Shown: positions 39,850-52,100, numbered from the whole stretch's first letter. The stretch: DNA of 61,155 bases, filler included, from Sphacelaria rigidula (GCA_964200075.2; 9 parts of 9 records of this genome joined end to end with filler, not necessarily neighbours in it); one strand, 5' to 3'. Notes: a model not told the origin generated them from the letters alone. Translations and numbers: made by a program.

Positions 39850-41502
39850 GTGAGTACAGCACAACAACAGGTGCGCGAAGGTGATGTGGTATAACACCCC
39901 CTGCATGGGTGATGAGTTGTGAGTTGTTCAAGGCGTTCAACTGCGATTTGCACAAAATACAAGTTAAGACACCAACCACACTTCCACAACACCCCCTTAA
40001 AAAAGAATCAGCGACATCAACACAGCAACACGATTCCGGACGACGTTGTCATACGGCATGCCGCAGTTACCGCGAAACATCAACGTCAAGGCTCCATCGT
40101 CGCACACAACAGTTACCGCACATGCATTTGCCGTATGTCCACCATACTTTTTTCATGTGTGCTACATGTAACGATATTGTGCTATTTGATGGGTTCTATG
40201 GTAGTCTAGTACAATACTGTAGTTGGTCTACCGACTGCAAGCTTGTTGCCGTCTAGATGGACAGTGAAGATACTGTAGTTCCAAAGCCGGGTACGCAGTC
40301 CAAATGTCCAATACGGCCCGCTAAGATCTGTGAACCGTCCACTCCTAACGGGGTTGGTTGGTTGGGGGATGGTCATGAAATTATTTCGAGACTACGGCTT
40401 CTGACGTGGGGGCTACAACCTTAAACTTTTGACCTTAAACCTTATGAATCACGGATCAGGCCACCAGGAATCGGCTGTGCATTCCACCTTGTGTGTGTGG
40501 ATACGGGGGAACAGACACAGTCCCGCGCGAAATAAAAGATGATAAAAAAATATATGTGCCTGAGTGCTCGGCCTGGTGTTGGATATCGAACCATTTGGTA
40601 CTTCGATACGATATCGACTTTTTTAGCTTTCGATAACGATAATTTTCGAAAAATTTCGGCGAAGCCTAACCTCGGGAAGCGCATCGCTCGCTGTGCCAGC
40701 CCCAAACACCCCCCCAACCCCAATAACCACAACCCACCNNNNNNNNNNNNNNNNNNNNNNNNNNNNNNNNNNNNNNNNNNNNTTAATTAATTAANNNNNN
40801 NNNNNNNNNNNNNNNNNNNNNNNNNNNNNNNNNNNNNNGTTCTTGTGTTTGCTGGGTGCAGTTGGTGTGTCGTGGGGGTCTGGGTTGGGACGTGTGGGGG
40901 GACGGAGGACTGCTCGGATAGAATGAAAGCGAGATTTGGAGCTTGACGCTTGTGTATGTGCAGATATGCATATGAACTTGAAGATTCCAGGTTCAAGATC
41001 GTCGAAGAGCTCACTATAATTATTTTCTCGTCGGATTGCTGCACACGCGGCCATTTGGCCACCCCCAAAATTCCTCCAGAGCGGTCAACTTCCTAGCCTC
41101 CCAAGCGTTTGAGCGCCTCCAGAGGAATTTGGGGGGTAGACAATTAACCACGTGTGTGACTCCTCCACTCAACTCGTTCATCACGAGAAATGACTCGTGA
41201 GCAATGACTCGTGAGCAATGACTCGTGTGCCGGGGTCATTAACTTCTCCACCGCGAGCACGAGTACTCGCCCCCTTAATTTTTTCTAGCACGGGCAGTGA
41301 CTCGAGTGCTCGCCCTACTGATTATTTCTACAACGAGAAATGACTTGGGTACTCGCCCTATTATTTTTTACGGTCAACGAGCAGCCCAACGAGTGCGAGT
41401 GCCACGAGTCATACTCATGCTCGTCGGACGAGCACAAACTTTCAAAAAAAAAATCAATGTATCCCAACTCCCTGTTTCAATCAACCAATTGCTACAAGTT
41501 CA

Positions 41503-42050
41503 AACACAAGAGGACTACACGGAGTACAAAGGGATGTCGCTGGTGAAGAATACAGTACCACAGAGGAGGATCGGTTGGTATAATCGTCACCAGGGACTCT
41601 TTTTCCCCCCCTGTTCCCTCGTTTTTTTCAGAGCGTGGTTCAGTTCCGTTTTTGTTGGGTACGTCCATCATGAGACCACGGCTGGATCCCTGGGGGGTCA
41701 GTTCAAGTGCGAAAACCAATCCATCAATCAATCGAGGCAACGCACTTTGCGCGGCGTAGAGGTTGACTGATGGATGGCAGGACATACTCCTGGTGCGTCA
41801 AAATCGACCAGGCGGGATGCTGTTCCTTTGGCATCACTCCAACTGCGTCATACCCCCAGCAAATGTCCAACGGCCGCCTCCAACGGCTGCTTCCATCGTG
41901 AGAACTTGAGGTGTTTCCTGGCATCGAATCGTCTGTCACCCTCTACGTCGCGCGGAGACCATCGCTCGGTGATCATACCAACTCATCCTCCTCCGTGGCA
42001 CTGTAATTCATCAGCGACACCCCTCTGTGCTCCGTGCCGTCCTCTTGCAA
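41503..42050. mobile_element. MITE with ~85-bp inverted arms carrying an inserted RTE 3'-tail fragment (~41592-41733)
   Basis: CAAGAGGACTACACGGAG...GGTATAATC is mirrored by GATCATACC...CTCCGTGCCGTCCTCTTG; insert matches the 3' end of the LINE at 27786. Confidence 0.65.
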
Positions 42051-43025
42051 AAAGAGGGCGTTGATCAGCGACTGGTGTAAATTTTGCAACCACGTAGCAG
42101 TGACTCAAACCCGTTACACTCATGATATACCCTGCTGCACCAGACTCTCTTCTTGTAGGTACCGGGCCAAGCGCGCGGATGGATTCTCATCTGGCGAGAT
42201 ACTTGAACAAGTTTTGTGAAAGACGGACCCACGGCTGGCGGGTACACTCTCGCGTTAGGCAAGACTGTGGGTATCCGAACAGGACGTGCGTGAAAAAACG
42301 AGCTGGTCCACGTCCATCGCCCAAAATTGTGTCATCAGCAAATGCCTTCCGCAATACCCACCCGATAGTGGCACAATCAGCGACATCATATTGATCGCAA
42401 TGAACAAAGAGGGTGACATGTCCAGATTCTTGTTCAAGACCATAGTTGTGGCGCCAAGGGCGAAAAGGTATCTCAACCAATCAGCGACCTCATATTACTC
42501 TGAAATCAAAAATACGATTTCTCAACCCATTCTTGAACCAAATTTCCACAAGCTTCAAAGCGCAGGAACAGCCATCCGCTCCGGAATCTAACGGAAAAAG
42601 TAGATTTGACTCCACTACTACAGGATCGAATCATCCTAAAGACCGTGGTCATTCGGAGATGCGGGGTTTCGGCGTCATAGCATTTCCCCTGCTATGTACC
42701 GATGATACAGAAAGCCTCCCTACACTTTCTCTGGTATCTGTCGCTGAAAAGCTCCGATCGCCCACAAACTTAGCAGTTTGATAGGTGTTGGTGCACGAAA
42801 TTGTAAAGTGTATTGGTGAACATTATGAAGCTTCTCCGTCCTTTACCAGCTCCCGGGGGGTTTCCACCCCTAGACCCCCGGAAGCCGGTACAGAATGTTC
42901 TAAAGCAAAAAAAATGTACTCGTCCTGGAGAAGTCCAAGGAAAAATTGTACAATTTTTTGGTGCGAAACACGAATTTTTATTCAGTTTGTCTAGTTTTAA
43001 CGTTCAAATATATTTCTACGTAGCA

Positions 43026-43067
<42 letters not shown>

Positions 43068-43423
43068 AATTTCCTAGAGTCCGAATTCAAGAACGGGCGT
43101 GAAATTTGCGGATGAATAAATTGCGGGTGATGAGCGTGAGCCAGCTCGTACGTCGCATGGATCAGACTTGGACCAGTCTTGCTAGAAGGCACGGCTTGAC
43201 GTTTAGAGGCAATTGCCTCATTGACTGTGGGGGTGAGGGCCCCGTCGATCAAGTAACGAATTTGACAATTGACCAGGATAAGTATGGGCAATAACAACTC
43301 AATACGAACCAGTCTCGGGGTTTGTGACATTAGTAGGCGTATCGGGTATCAAGAGATTTAGTAAATACAACTGCATATTATCATGTTCTTTTAAGCTCTA
43401 CCCCGTATTTTTTCTCCCCTCAC

Positions 43424-43588
43424 CTCCTGTGGGTCGTCGGTGAAAAAGAGAGAGTCCACGTCGTCCTGAGCGATGGTGCCAAAGTCGACCAAGGCCTGCC
43501 AGTTGACCACGGTCTGCCAGTAGTCCTTGCCGAACAGGATGACAGGGAGGTTGCCCTGCACCTTGCCTGTTTGCTTCAGAGTCAGCAC
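43424..43588 (-). CDS. LOG-family (TIGR00730-like, lysine-decarboxylase fold) protein, internal exon
   Basis: VLTLKQTGKVQGNLPVILFGKDYWQTVVNWQALVDFGTIAQDDVDSLFFTDDPQE; CAG acceptor and GTGAGG donor; in phase with the 46196-46332 exon. Confidence 0.9.
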
Positions 43589-46195
43589 CTGTCCGATTGA
43601 TCCATCAAAAAAATTCGCGAAAACGTGGTTCAGCGGAAGAGGTAAAGGCAACACGAAGCCGTCCCTGTCTCATCCTCTCGGTTGTCAACCTTCTTTCCTT
43701 GGGCATACGACGCTTCAACAGCGATGTTAACTGGGTTCCAACACCTATTAATGGTACAAGTTTCGCTCATATCGTGGCTTGTGGGTTATATATATATATA
43801 TATATATATCTTCATCATCTTCTTCGTTTACATTGGGCACGGCACGTCTGTATCGTGCACACGACTGTATTACCAGAGGATCATTTAATGTGCGTCATCT
43901 GAGTCGTTCTGTTCGACTTTTCCTGTTCCTTCTTTTTCTTCAGCGAGTGTCTTCGTCTTGTTTTGTCTTGGGTACGTCCATCATGTGACCACGGTTGTAT
44001 CCGTGGAGGGTCAGTCAAAGTGCGACAATCAATCAATCAATCGTTCAATCAATCATTGGTGAGAACCGCGGCTTTCATCCACACCACAAAGCACCAACTC
44101 GCACGCATTGAGATTTTGTTTCTTCCCCCCGGTTCGACTCCGGGAATGTTCATCTGTCACAGGTGTTCCATCTTCTCGAGTCATCTTCTATTCCGTCACC
44201 GAAACAATGCCCTTGTTACCCTCTGCCGATTCCTGGTTGTTTCACTCGTGTGTCATTGCTCGTGTTTTCATTAAAAGCTGAATGTTTTCAACATTGAGAA
44301 CATTTTCCCGGTCATCACTGCGGTAACCCACCGCCCACCAGATTAGTGATGCTCCTTGACCGCGGTTGCCCGAGAATCTTCCCTTTTCGATCGCGGATCT
44401 GACTAAAAAGGTTGATGCGATGGTTTGAACAAAAAAAAACTAGAAAAAAACGGCGGCAGCTTACAACAGTTTCACTTTCCACATTCTCACCCGAGACTTC
44501 CTTGACCATCCCACACAAGAGAGAACACCCAGTGTCGCCTTCGTTGACATCTGTGACCCACGAGGCCATCGTCTCCACTTCCGAGGGCGGGGGTCTCATA
44601 TTGAAACATCTGAAGCACAAAGGTGAACCAATCTCAACAATAAAGCGGAGCTATGCGACTGCATAAAAGTACTGAGGTTTCCATTATTGGAAATCGTCTA
44701 CACTTCCTCGTGCTCGAACAGTGCAGCCATCTTTTTCTCAGTCACACTTTAAACCCCTTTCCTTCTCCAAGACCGTAGTTAGCATCGGTATTGTTTTCAG
44801 CCACCGGGATGGAGAGGGTGTACTCATCTGTTGCTTGTCCTAGCCGTTTGACCGTTGACAACGCATCCTTTTCGAGACGAAGCACCGTTTCTACTCCTAA
44901 TAGACATCTCTAACATTGAGGTCCTCAACACGTTCCTTCCACATACCACACAAAAACACTTTACACATCTTATCCCCGTCCTGTTTCGCGGTCTCTGGTC
45001 ACCATCGATCTCCTAGTATTGCCATCGTTTTCTCCCTACTGTCTAGTGCATCAAACAATTTCATGCCACCTTCGTTCACGTCCCACATTTCCCCTATCGA
45101 GAGGAGGGGGGAGGGGGGGGAAGGGGGGGGTGGCACGCAGCGCAGTGTACGGAAGGCTTCACATGATGATGGGCAGAGTCACCCGACTGGCGAACCCAGA
45201 GGGCTGGGCGACAGGTCAGCGTATCGATCGTTCATGGACGGAGGGTGTTCGAACCTCCTGCTGAAATGCATATCAATTTTGTTCCGAAAGGGGTATACCC
45301 TGAACGCCAAGGCAACCATACTGTTGTCGTACACTGCCCATGACGGGAGACAGACAGTGACAGCATCAGAAGCTCGTGAAATCATTGTAAGAGCCATGGA
45401 GACGCGCGTGAGAATGTGCTGAGTTGAGCTTTTCCCACTACGGACTTGTACGTGTGTGATGGAAGTGCTCGTAACACGTGATGGTTTTGCTCATGGCTCC
45501 CCCCAGAAAAATGGCTGGTTGGAGGATGCAAAATCCATACGTGAACCAAAATGACAAAAATCCGAGCACACCGGGCAGCTGGGAACTCCCATAATTGTGA
45601 TCGTTCTCGTTCATCTTGCCCATACCATGGCCGTTTTTTTTTCTGGGAGGGGGGGGGGGGGCTGTGGCGGCATCACTCAACTGCTGTACACAAAAAATCA
45701 ACGAAGGCCGGAAGTGAGCTCAATATCCCGATGTAACGGAACTGGAAGCTGGAAGCTGGAAACTACCCGCATTTGTCATGTTCGCACCTGCGTGCCACGA
45801 GAGCCAGCGTGACACGTTTAGACTTTCAGACATGAGCAGAGCAAAGGCACTGACATTGACCTTGACCCCTCGTGCCGTCCATGAACGTGATAGAAACACG
45901 CCTGGCTTCGGAGCCACTCTCAACTACCAGGATTACTGTCTGACGGCAGCAACCTTCAGCAGGTAGAACTGGAGACACATCTTCTTGGGCAGCAATCATC
46001 CTCACTGTGTCCCAAGTTCCAGGCTTGAGCCAATCATGATGAAACTTCTCAAGGTTCCTCTCTCGTGGAAAAGGTGTTTTTACGGAGACCACGGCTGGAC
46101 CCCTGGGGGGGTCACTTAAAATGCGACAATCAATCAATCGATCAATCATCAACGGAAGGGTAATATGCACACTTGTAATCGACTTTGACTTTCAC

Positions 46196-46332
46196 CTCGA
46201 ACAGCTCATCGAGCGTACCGAAGCCACCGGGGGCCACCACAAGAGCCTGGCAGTGGTAGAGCATCCAGAACTTGCGGGTGAAGAAGTAGTGGAACTCGAA
46301 GGCGAGCTCATCCGTTACATACTCGTTTAGTC
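46196..46332 (-). CDS. LOG-family protein, exon with the catalytic motif
   Basis: FEFHYFFTRKFWM...VVAPGGFGTLDELFE (PGGxGTxxE); CAG acceptor and GTGAAA donor. Confidence 0.92.
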
Positions 46333-46626
46333 CTGGAACAAATAGTGCACACATCGGACGGATAACGATCTCTCTGAAACAACTAATCAAAGAAGACTCG
46401 AGTTCGTTGGTCCAAAAACACGAACTATGTGACCGCGGAGTCAGAAACGCCAAAGCGCAGCCTTCGCACGAATCGGCGTGCTCAGGTTCCGGCGCCGTAA
46501 GGAGCGAACCATGGAAAAGGGGGGGTCAAATGATACGGATCATGATCCGGGTCGGTATACTGAGAAGAAGTCATTTTCATACGGATCATAATCCGTCCGA
46601 CGTGTGATAAGAATAACAAAAACAGA

Positions 46627-47470
46627 GGGGGGGGGCGGGGCGTACTCATTTGTTGCTTGCCTTAGTCGTTTGATCATTGACCACGCATCCCTTTCGAGAC
46701 GGAGCACCGTTCCTACTCCTAATAGAGACACCCCCAACATTCTGGCGCTCATTAGAGCGGGGGGCGTTCTCATGTGTTGCTTGTCTCAGTCGTTTGACCA
46801 TTAACCACGCATCCCTTTCGGGACGGAGTATTAGAGGGGGGGGGGGGAGGCGTACTCATTTGTTGCTTGTCTTAGTCGTTTGACCATTAACCATGCATCC
46901 CTTTCGAGACGGACAGAGGGTGTACTCATGATCATGCTTGCCATAGTCATCAGACCATTGACCTCGCATCCCTACAAAAGACGGACAGAGGGGGGGGGGA
47001 GGGGGGGTCAAAACATCAAAATGTAAACATACAGAGCCAAAAGCAACGGCAATACGGACATGGAGAAACATGGATAGGTTTGATCCAAAGTTATGTCGGA
47101 TCTCCATTTATCATCCACAGGAATTTCTTGCGTAATATATTCCAACTGATGACGGCACCACGAGGTGAGCTTACGTCATTTCTGACTATCGCCACCTCGT
47201 CAGTGGTGGCCCATCTTTCTTCTCATTTTCCCTGGCGGGCGTGGGGAAGGTACTCGTGATCTTGCATGCCGTAGAGACCATACCATAGACCTCGCATCCC
47301 TGCAAAGCCGGGACGGAGCACGCTGGGTTTTCGCTGGACTAGGCTCGCATTCAATCCCCAAGAGCGAAGCGCCGTAGAGTGTTCGGCGAGTCGTATGAGG
47401 GGTGAGCTGCATCCTGCTAAGAAGGTTCACTGGTCTGATGACTATGGCATGCATGATCATGAGTACTCCC
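46627..47470. repeat. Cluster of ~65-70-bp G-run-anchored modules
   Basis: Four tandem copies at 46636-46990, a fifth at ~47248 and an inverted partial copy at ~47430-47468. Confidence 0.85.
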
Positions 47471-49118
47471 CCCCCCCCCCCCCCCCCCCCCCCCGACCCC
47501 CCCCCCCCCTCACACCCCACCCGCCCCCCCCCCCCCCCTGACCCNNNNNNNNNNNNNNNNNNNNNNNNNNNNNNNNNNNNNNNNNNNNTTAATTAATTAA
47601 NNNNNNNNNNNNNNNNNNNNNNNNNNNNNNNNNNNNNNNNNNNNCGAAGGCTGTACAACAACTCCAACCGTTTCCTATTGCCCCGCATAATATCCCGCCT
47701 GTTACTCAGTGAACAATTCAGCTTGATGCTACTGAACGTTGACTCACATATGTTATGCAACGTGAAATTTTTGGCAATGGAGGCCAGTACAAACATGGGG
47801 GAATCTGTGGCCAAGCTTTCGGCGACGAAGGTCTACCCGGGAGAATTAGTGAGGTAGCGACGCATGGTGAACCGTGCACGGAGTGGGGGGAAGTGATGAT
47901 GTATTGGACATCCTGATGTGTTACCATGGCTTTGTGTTATGCGAGCCGTCCTCGGAACTTACACGTGAAATTGACTTCCCTGGAAGAGAGTAGGCACTGC
48001 AGCAGTGGGGCATGAAGATAAAATGTACGATGGCGGGATGGATGGCTGGTTTCCCTTGCAGATCGCAAAGCACAAACGTGGGGTACTTCTGTCAAGGGTT
48101 TTGGACTTGACTCCAGGCTACGAGCCCGTGTTGAAGGCATTCTTATTTCCGGTAAGCCAGCAACAGATTTGAAAGACACCAGACCCTCAACAGGTACTAG
48201 GATTGCGATACCCCGGCACCTTAAACCCCAGAACATGGAGTGCATGCAGTAGGTTCAGTCTTATGCACAATCCCCGATAAGTGCCCACCATCGCCGCACC
48301 CAGTGTGGAGCACCCTTTGCCTACCCAACGCAGGATATAGCGGTGTTTATCAACACACATGACAGTACGCCAAACATGTTGAGAGTCGGTGAATGGTGTT
48401 CACCACTACATCACCTACCTGGTATGAAGAGTTCGCGCCAATCGCTAATTACTGACGGATATCACTTGTATGAACTGGCTGTCCAGCTTGCATGGCCCCC
48501 GATGCGAGGCGCTAAAGTCAGAGTGGTGGCGCGGCGTGTGGAGAACAAATATTACAGGGGTCGGACAAATGAACGATTCGTCTGAAAATTACTTGATTGT
48601 AGTGTGATCGATTTGTACCGAACAAATGAATTCATGGCCTTTGTTTTCAGGCGACGCGCGCCCCAGGCACGCGGAATGGCGCAAATATTACGTGGAGACT
48701 CTCTTTACCAGCATTCAACTTTTTCCCATCTTTCCAGCAATCGGGCCTCAAAAATCGTGGATTTCGTCATTCCAAGCGGTGATGATTTGTCCGAAACTTC
48801 AAATATTACAAGTAGAGAAACCATACCAGCGCCGTCGACACAAGACTTTGGTGCATGTTCAGTGTTCAACACCACTTCCTTCGTTTAGTCGCCCGAGCAT
48901 GGCAGCAACAATCTCGAGATTACGATTCTCATCATGACGTCGTTCCCGCTGTGGCGATCGTATTCAATTGCTATTATTGTCGCCTGCGCACTTCGCGGTA
49001 GGGCTTACGAGTCCACTCTAGTCCACGTGCCTGTTTTTGACCGGGATATCAAAATGACGGTTCACTTACATTTTTTCGGTCGTGATACACGCTTGTCTTC
49101 GCTGCTTGATTGGTGCAG

Positions 49119-52100
49119 GCTCGTGCTGGATTGGTGAGCTGTGTGGTCAGGGGGGTTCCCCGAAACGACCATTTTTCGGTGCAGCCGGTGGCAGAAAGGC
49201 GGAGTTCTGCGTCATACAAGCCCCAGCTGGTATGGTCAATGTACCAAGCAAGCGGTGCGGCAAGGAGGGATGTTCCAAACAACCACCTTCCGGTGCCGCC
49301 GGTGGCAAAAAGGCGGAGTTCTGTGCCATGCACGCCCCAGCGGGTACGGTCAATGTACCAAGCAAGCGGTGCGGCAAGGAGGGATGCTCTAAACAACCAT
49401 CTTTCGGTGCCGCCGGTGGCAGAAAGGCGGAGCTCTGTGCCATGCACGCCCCAGCGGGCATGGTCAATGTATCGAGCAAGCGGTGCGGCAAGGAGGGATG
49501 CTTCGAACAACCATCTTTCGGTGCCGCCGGTAAGAGGAAGGGAGAATTCTGCGCCGTGCATGCCTCAGAGGGCATGGTCAGCGTTATCCGCAAGCGGTGC
49601 GGCAAGGAGGGATGCCCGAAACGACCGTCTTTCGGTGTAGCTGGTGGGAGGAAGGCCGAGTTCTGCGCCACACACGCCCCAGAGGGCATGATCGACGTGA
49701 ACCGCAAGCACTGCGGCGAGGAGGGATGCTTCACACGAGCATCGTTCGGTACAGCCGGTGGCAAAAACGCAGAGTTCTGCGCCACACACGCCCCAGCGGG
49801 CATGGTTGATGTATCAAGCAAGCGGTGCGGCAAGGAGGGATGCTCCAAACAACCATCTTTCGGTGCAGCCGGAGGCGGGAAGGCAGAGTTCTGCGCCACA
49901 CACGCCCCAGCGGGTATGGTTGCCGTACGAACCAAGCAGTGCGACGAGGAGGGATGCTCTAAATATCCATCTTTCGGTACAGCCGGTATCAGAAAGGCAG
50001 CGTTCTGCGCCACACACGCCCCAGCGGGCATGGTCAATGTATCAAGCAAGCTGTGCAGCAAGGAGGGATGCTCGAAACGGCCGTCTTTCGGTGTAGCCGG
50101 TGGCAGAAAGACAGAGTTCTGCGCCACACATGCCCCAGCGGGCATGATCAACTTGAACCGCAAGCAGTGCGGCGAGGAGGGATGCTCCAAACAACCATAT
50201 TTTGGTGTAGCCGGTGGGAGGAAGGCCGAGTTCTGCCCAATGCATGCCGCAGCGGGCATGGTGGACGTAGTTCGCAAGCTGTGCGGCGAGGAGGGATGCT
50301 CTAAACAACCATCTTTCGGTACAGTCGGTGGGAAGAAGGCAGAATTCTGCGCCACACACGCCCCAGCGGGCATGGTTGCCGTACGAACCAAGCAGTGCGA
50401 CGAGGAGGGATGCTCTAAACAACCATCTTTCGGTGCACCCGGTGGAAAAAACGCAGAGTTCTGTGTCACACACGCCCCAGCGGGCATGGTTGCCATACGA
50501 ACCAAGCAGTGCGACGAGGAGGGATGCTCTAAACAACCATCTTTCGGTGCACCCGGTAGCAGGAAGGCAGCTTTCTGCGCCACACACGCCCCAGCGGGCA
50601 TAGTTGCCATACGAACCAAGCAGTGCGACGAGGAGGGATGCTCTAAATATCCATCCTTCGGTGCACCCGGTAGCAGAAAGGCAGAGTTCTGCGCCACACA
50701 CGCCCCAGCGGGCATGGTCAATGTATCGAGCAGCCGCTGCGGTGAGGAGGGATGCTCTAAACAACCATCTTTCGGTGTAGCTGGTGGCAGAAAGGCAGAG
50801 TTCTGCGCCACACACGCCCCAGCGGGCATGGTCAATGTACCAAGCAAGCGGTGCGGCAAGGAGGGATGCTCTAAACTACCATCTTTCGGTGCCGCCGGTG
50901 GCAGAAAGGCAGAGTTCTGCGCCACACACGCCCCAGCGGGCATGGTCAATGTATCGAGCAGCCGTTGCGGCGAGGAGGGATGCTCTAAACAACCATCTTT
51001 CGGTGCCGCCGGTGGCAGAAAGGCAGAGTTCTGCGCCACACACGCCCCAGCGGGCATGATAAACGTGAGAGGCAAGCGGTGCGGCATGGAGGGATGCTCT
51101 AAACATCCATCTTTCGGTACAGCCGGTGGCAGAAAGGCAGAGTTCTGCGCCACACACGCCCCAGCAGGCATGATTGCCGTACGAACCATGGAGTGCGGCA
51201 AGGAGGGATGCTCTAAACATCCATCTTCCCGTGCAGTCGGTGGCAGGAAGGCAGAGTTCTGCGCCGCGCACGCCCCAAAGGACATGGTCAGCGAAATCCG
51301 CAAGCGATGCGGCAAGGAGGGACGTTCCAAACAAGCATATTTCGGTGTAGCCGGTGTCAGAAAGACAGAGTTATGTGCCGTGCACGCCCCAGCGGGCATG
51401 GTCAATGTATCGAGCAGCCGCTGCGACAAGGAGGGATGCTCCGAACGACCATATTTCGGTGCAACCGGTAGCAAAAAGGCGAAGTTCTACGCCATACGCT
51501 CCCGAGCAGGCATTGCTCACTTCACAAGCAAGCGTTGCGGCAAAGAAGACTCTAAACATCCGTCGATCGGTGCGGCCGGTGGTAGAGAGACGAAGTTCTG
51601 TGCCACACCCGCCCGCGCAGGACTGATATCCATGAACGACAATGAACGTGTCCCGCAGCGTTGTTCCAAACGGGTGCGGAAGCACCAGTATACGTGCCGT
51701 GATGCTGCACACTGTCTGGCCATGGCGTCTGATGTACCACATGTCCAAGCAAAGAACCGCCCGAACGATAGCCCAGTCGTGGGAAAAAGTGGTGTCGATA
51801 TCGATGAACGTGATGGAAGACCCACCCACCCATCGGATGCCGGTCCCAACGCAAACGATGGTTGTTGTAACACCAACTTTAGTCGTAGCTCACGTGTCAT
51901 GTGTTCCAGGAGACGGGGTGCGGACTCTACGACCACGTTGCCTGTCGCCTCAAGACAACCCCCTGGCACGGCGACCGCAGATGGAGTTTCTCCGGATGGG
52001 TCACAGTCACGCATGAAAACGAAAATAGAGACGACTGTTGCGCCCCCGCGAGGTTTCTACGGAAAAAGAACTAGTGGCGAACTGGTAACTACACAATCCA

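Noticed and set aside
36940..41433. Apparent 4.5-kb element with long inverted ends enclosing NAA20
   Set aside because: The two arms are on different contigs across an artificial linker, and the left copy has its own TIRs and TSD.
46627..46990. CRISPR-like repeat-spacer array
   Set aside because: Units are ~65 bp and diverged, spacers are irregular, no cas genes are present, and the context is eukaryotic.
49147..51474. 775-aa antisense ORF over the EsV-1-7 array
   Set aside because: Expected by-product: if one 114-nt unit lacks a stop in that frame, all its copies do. It ends where the repeats decay.
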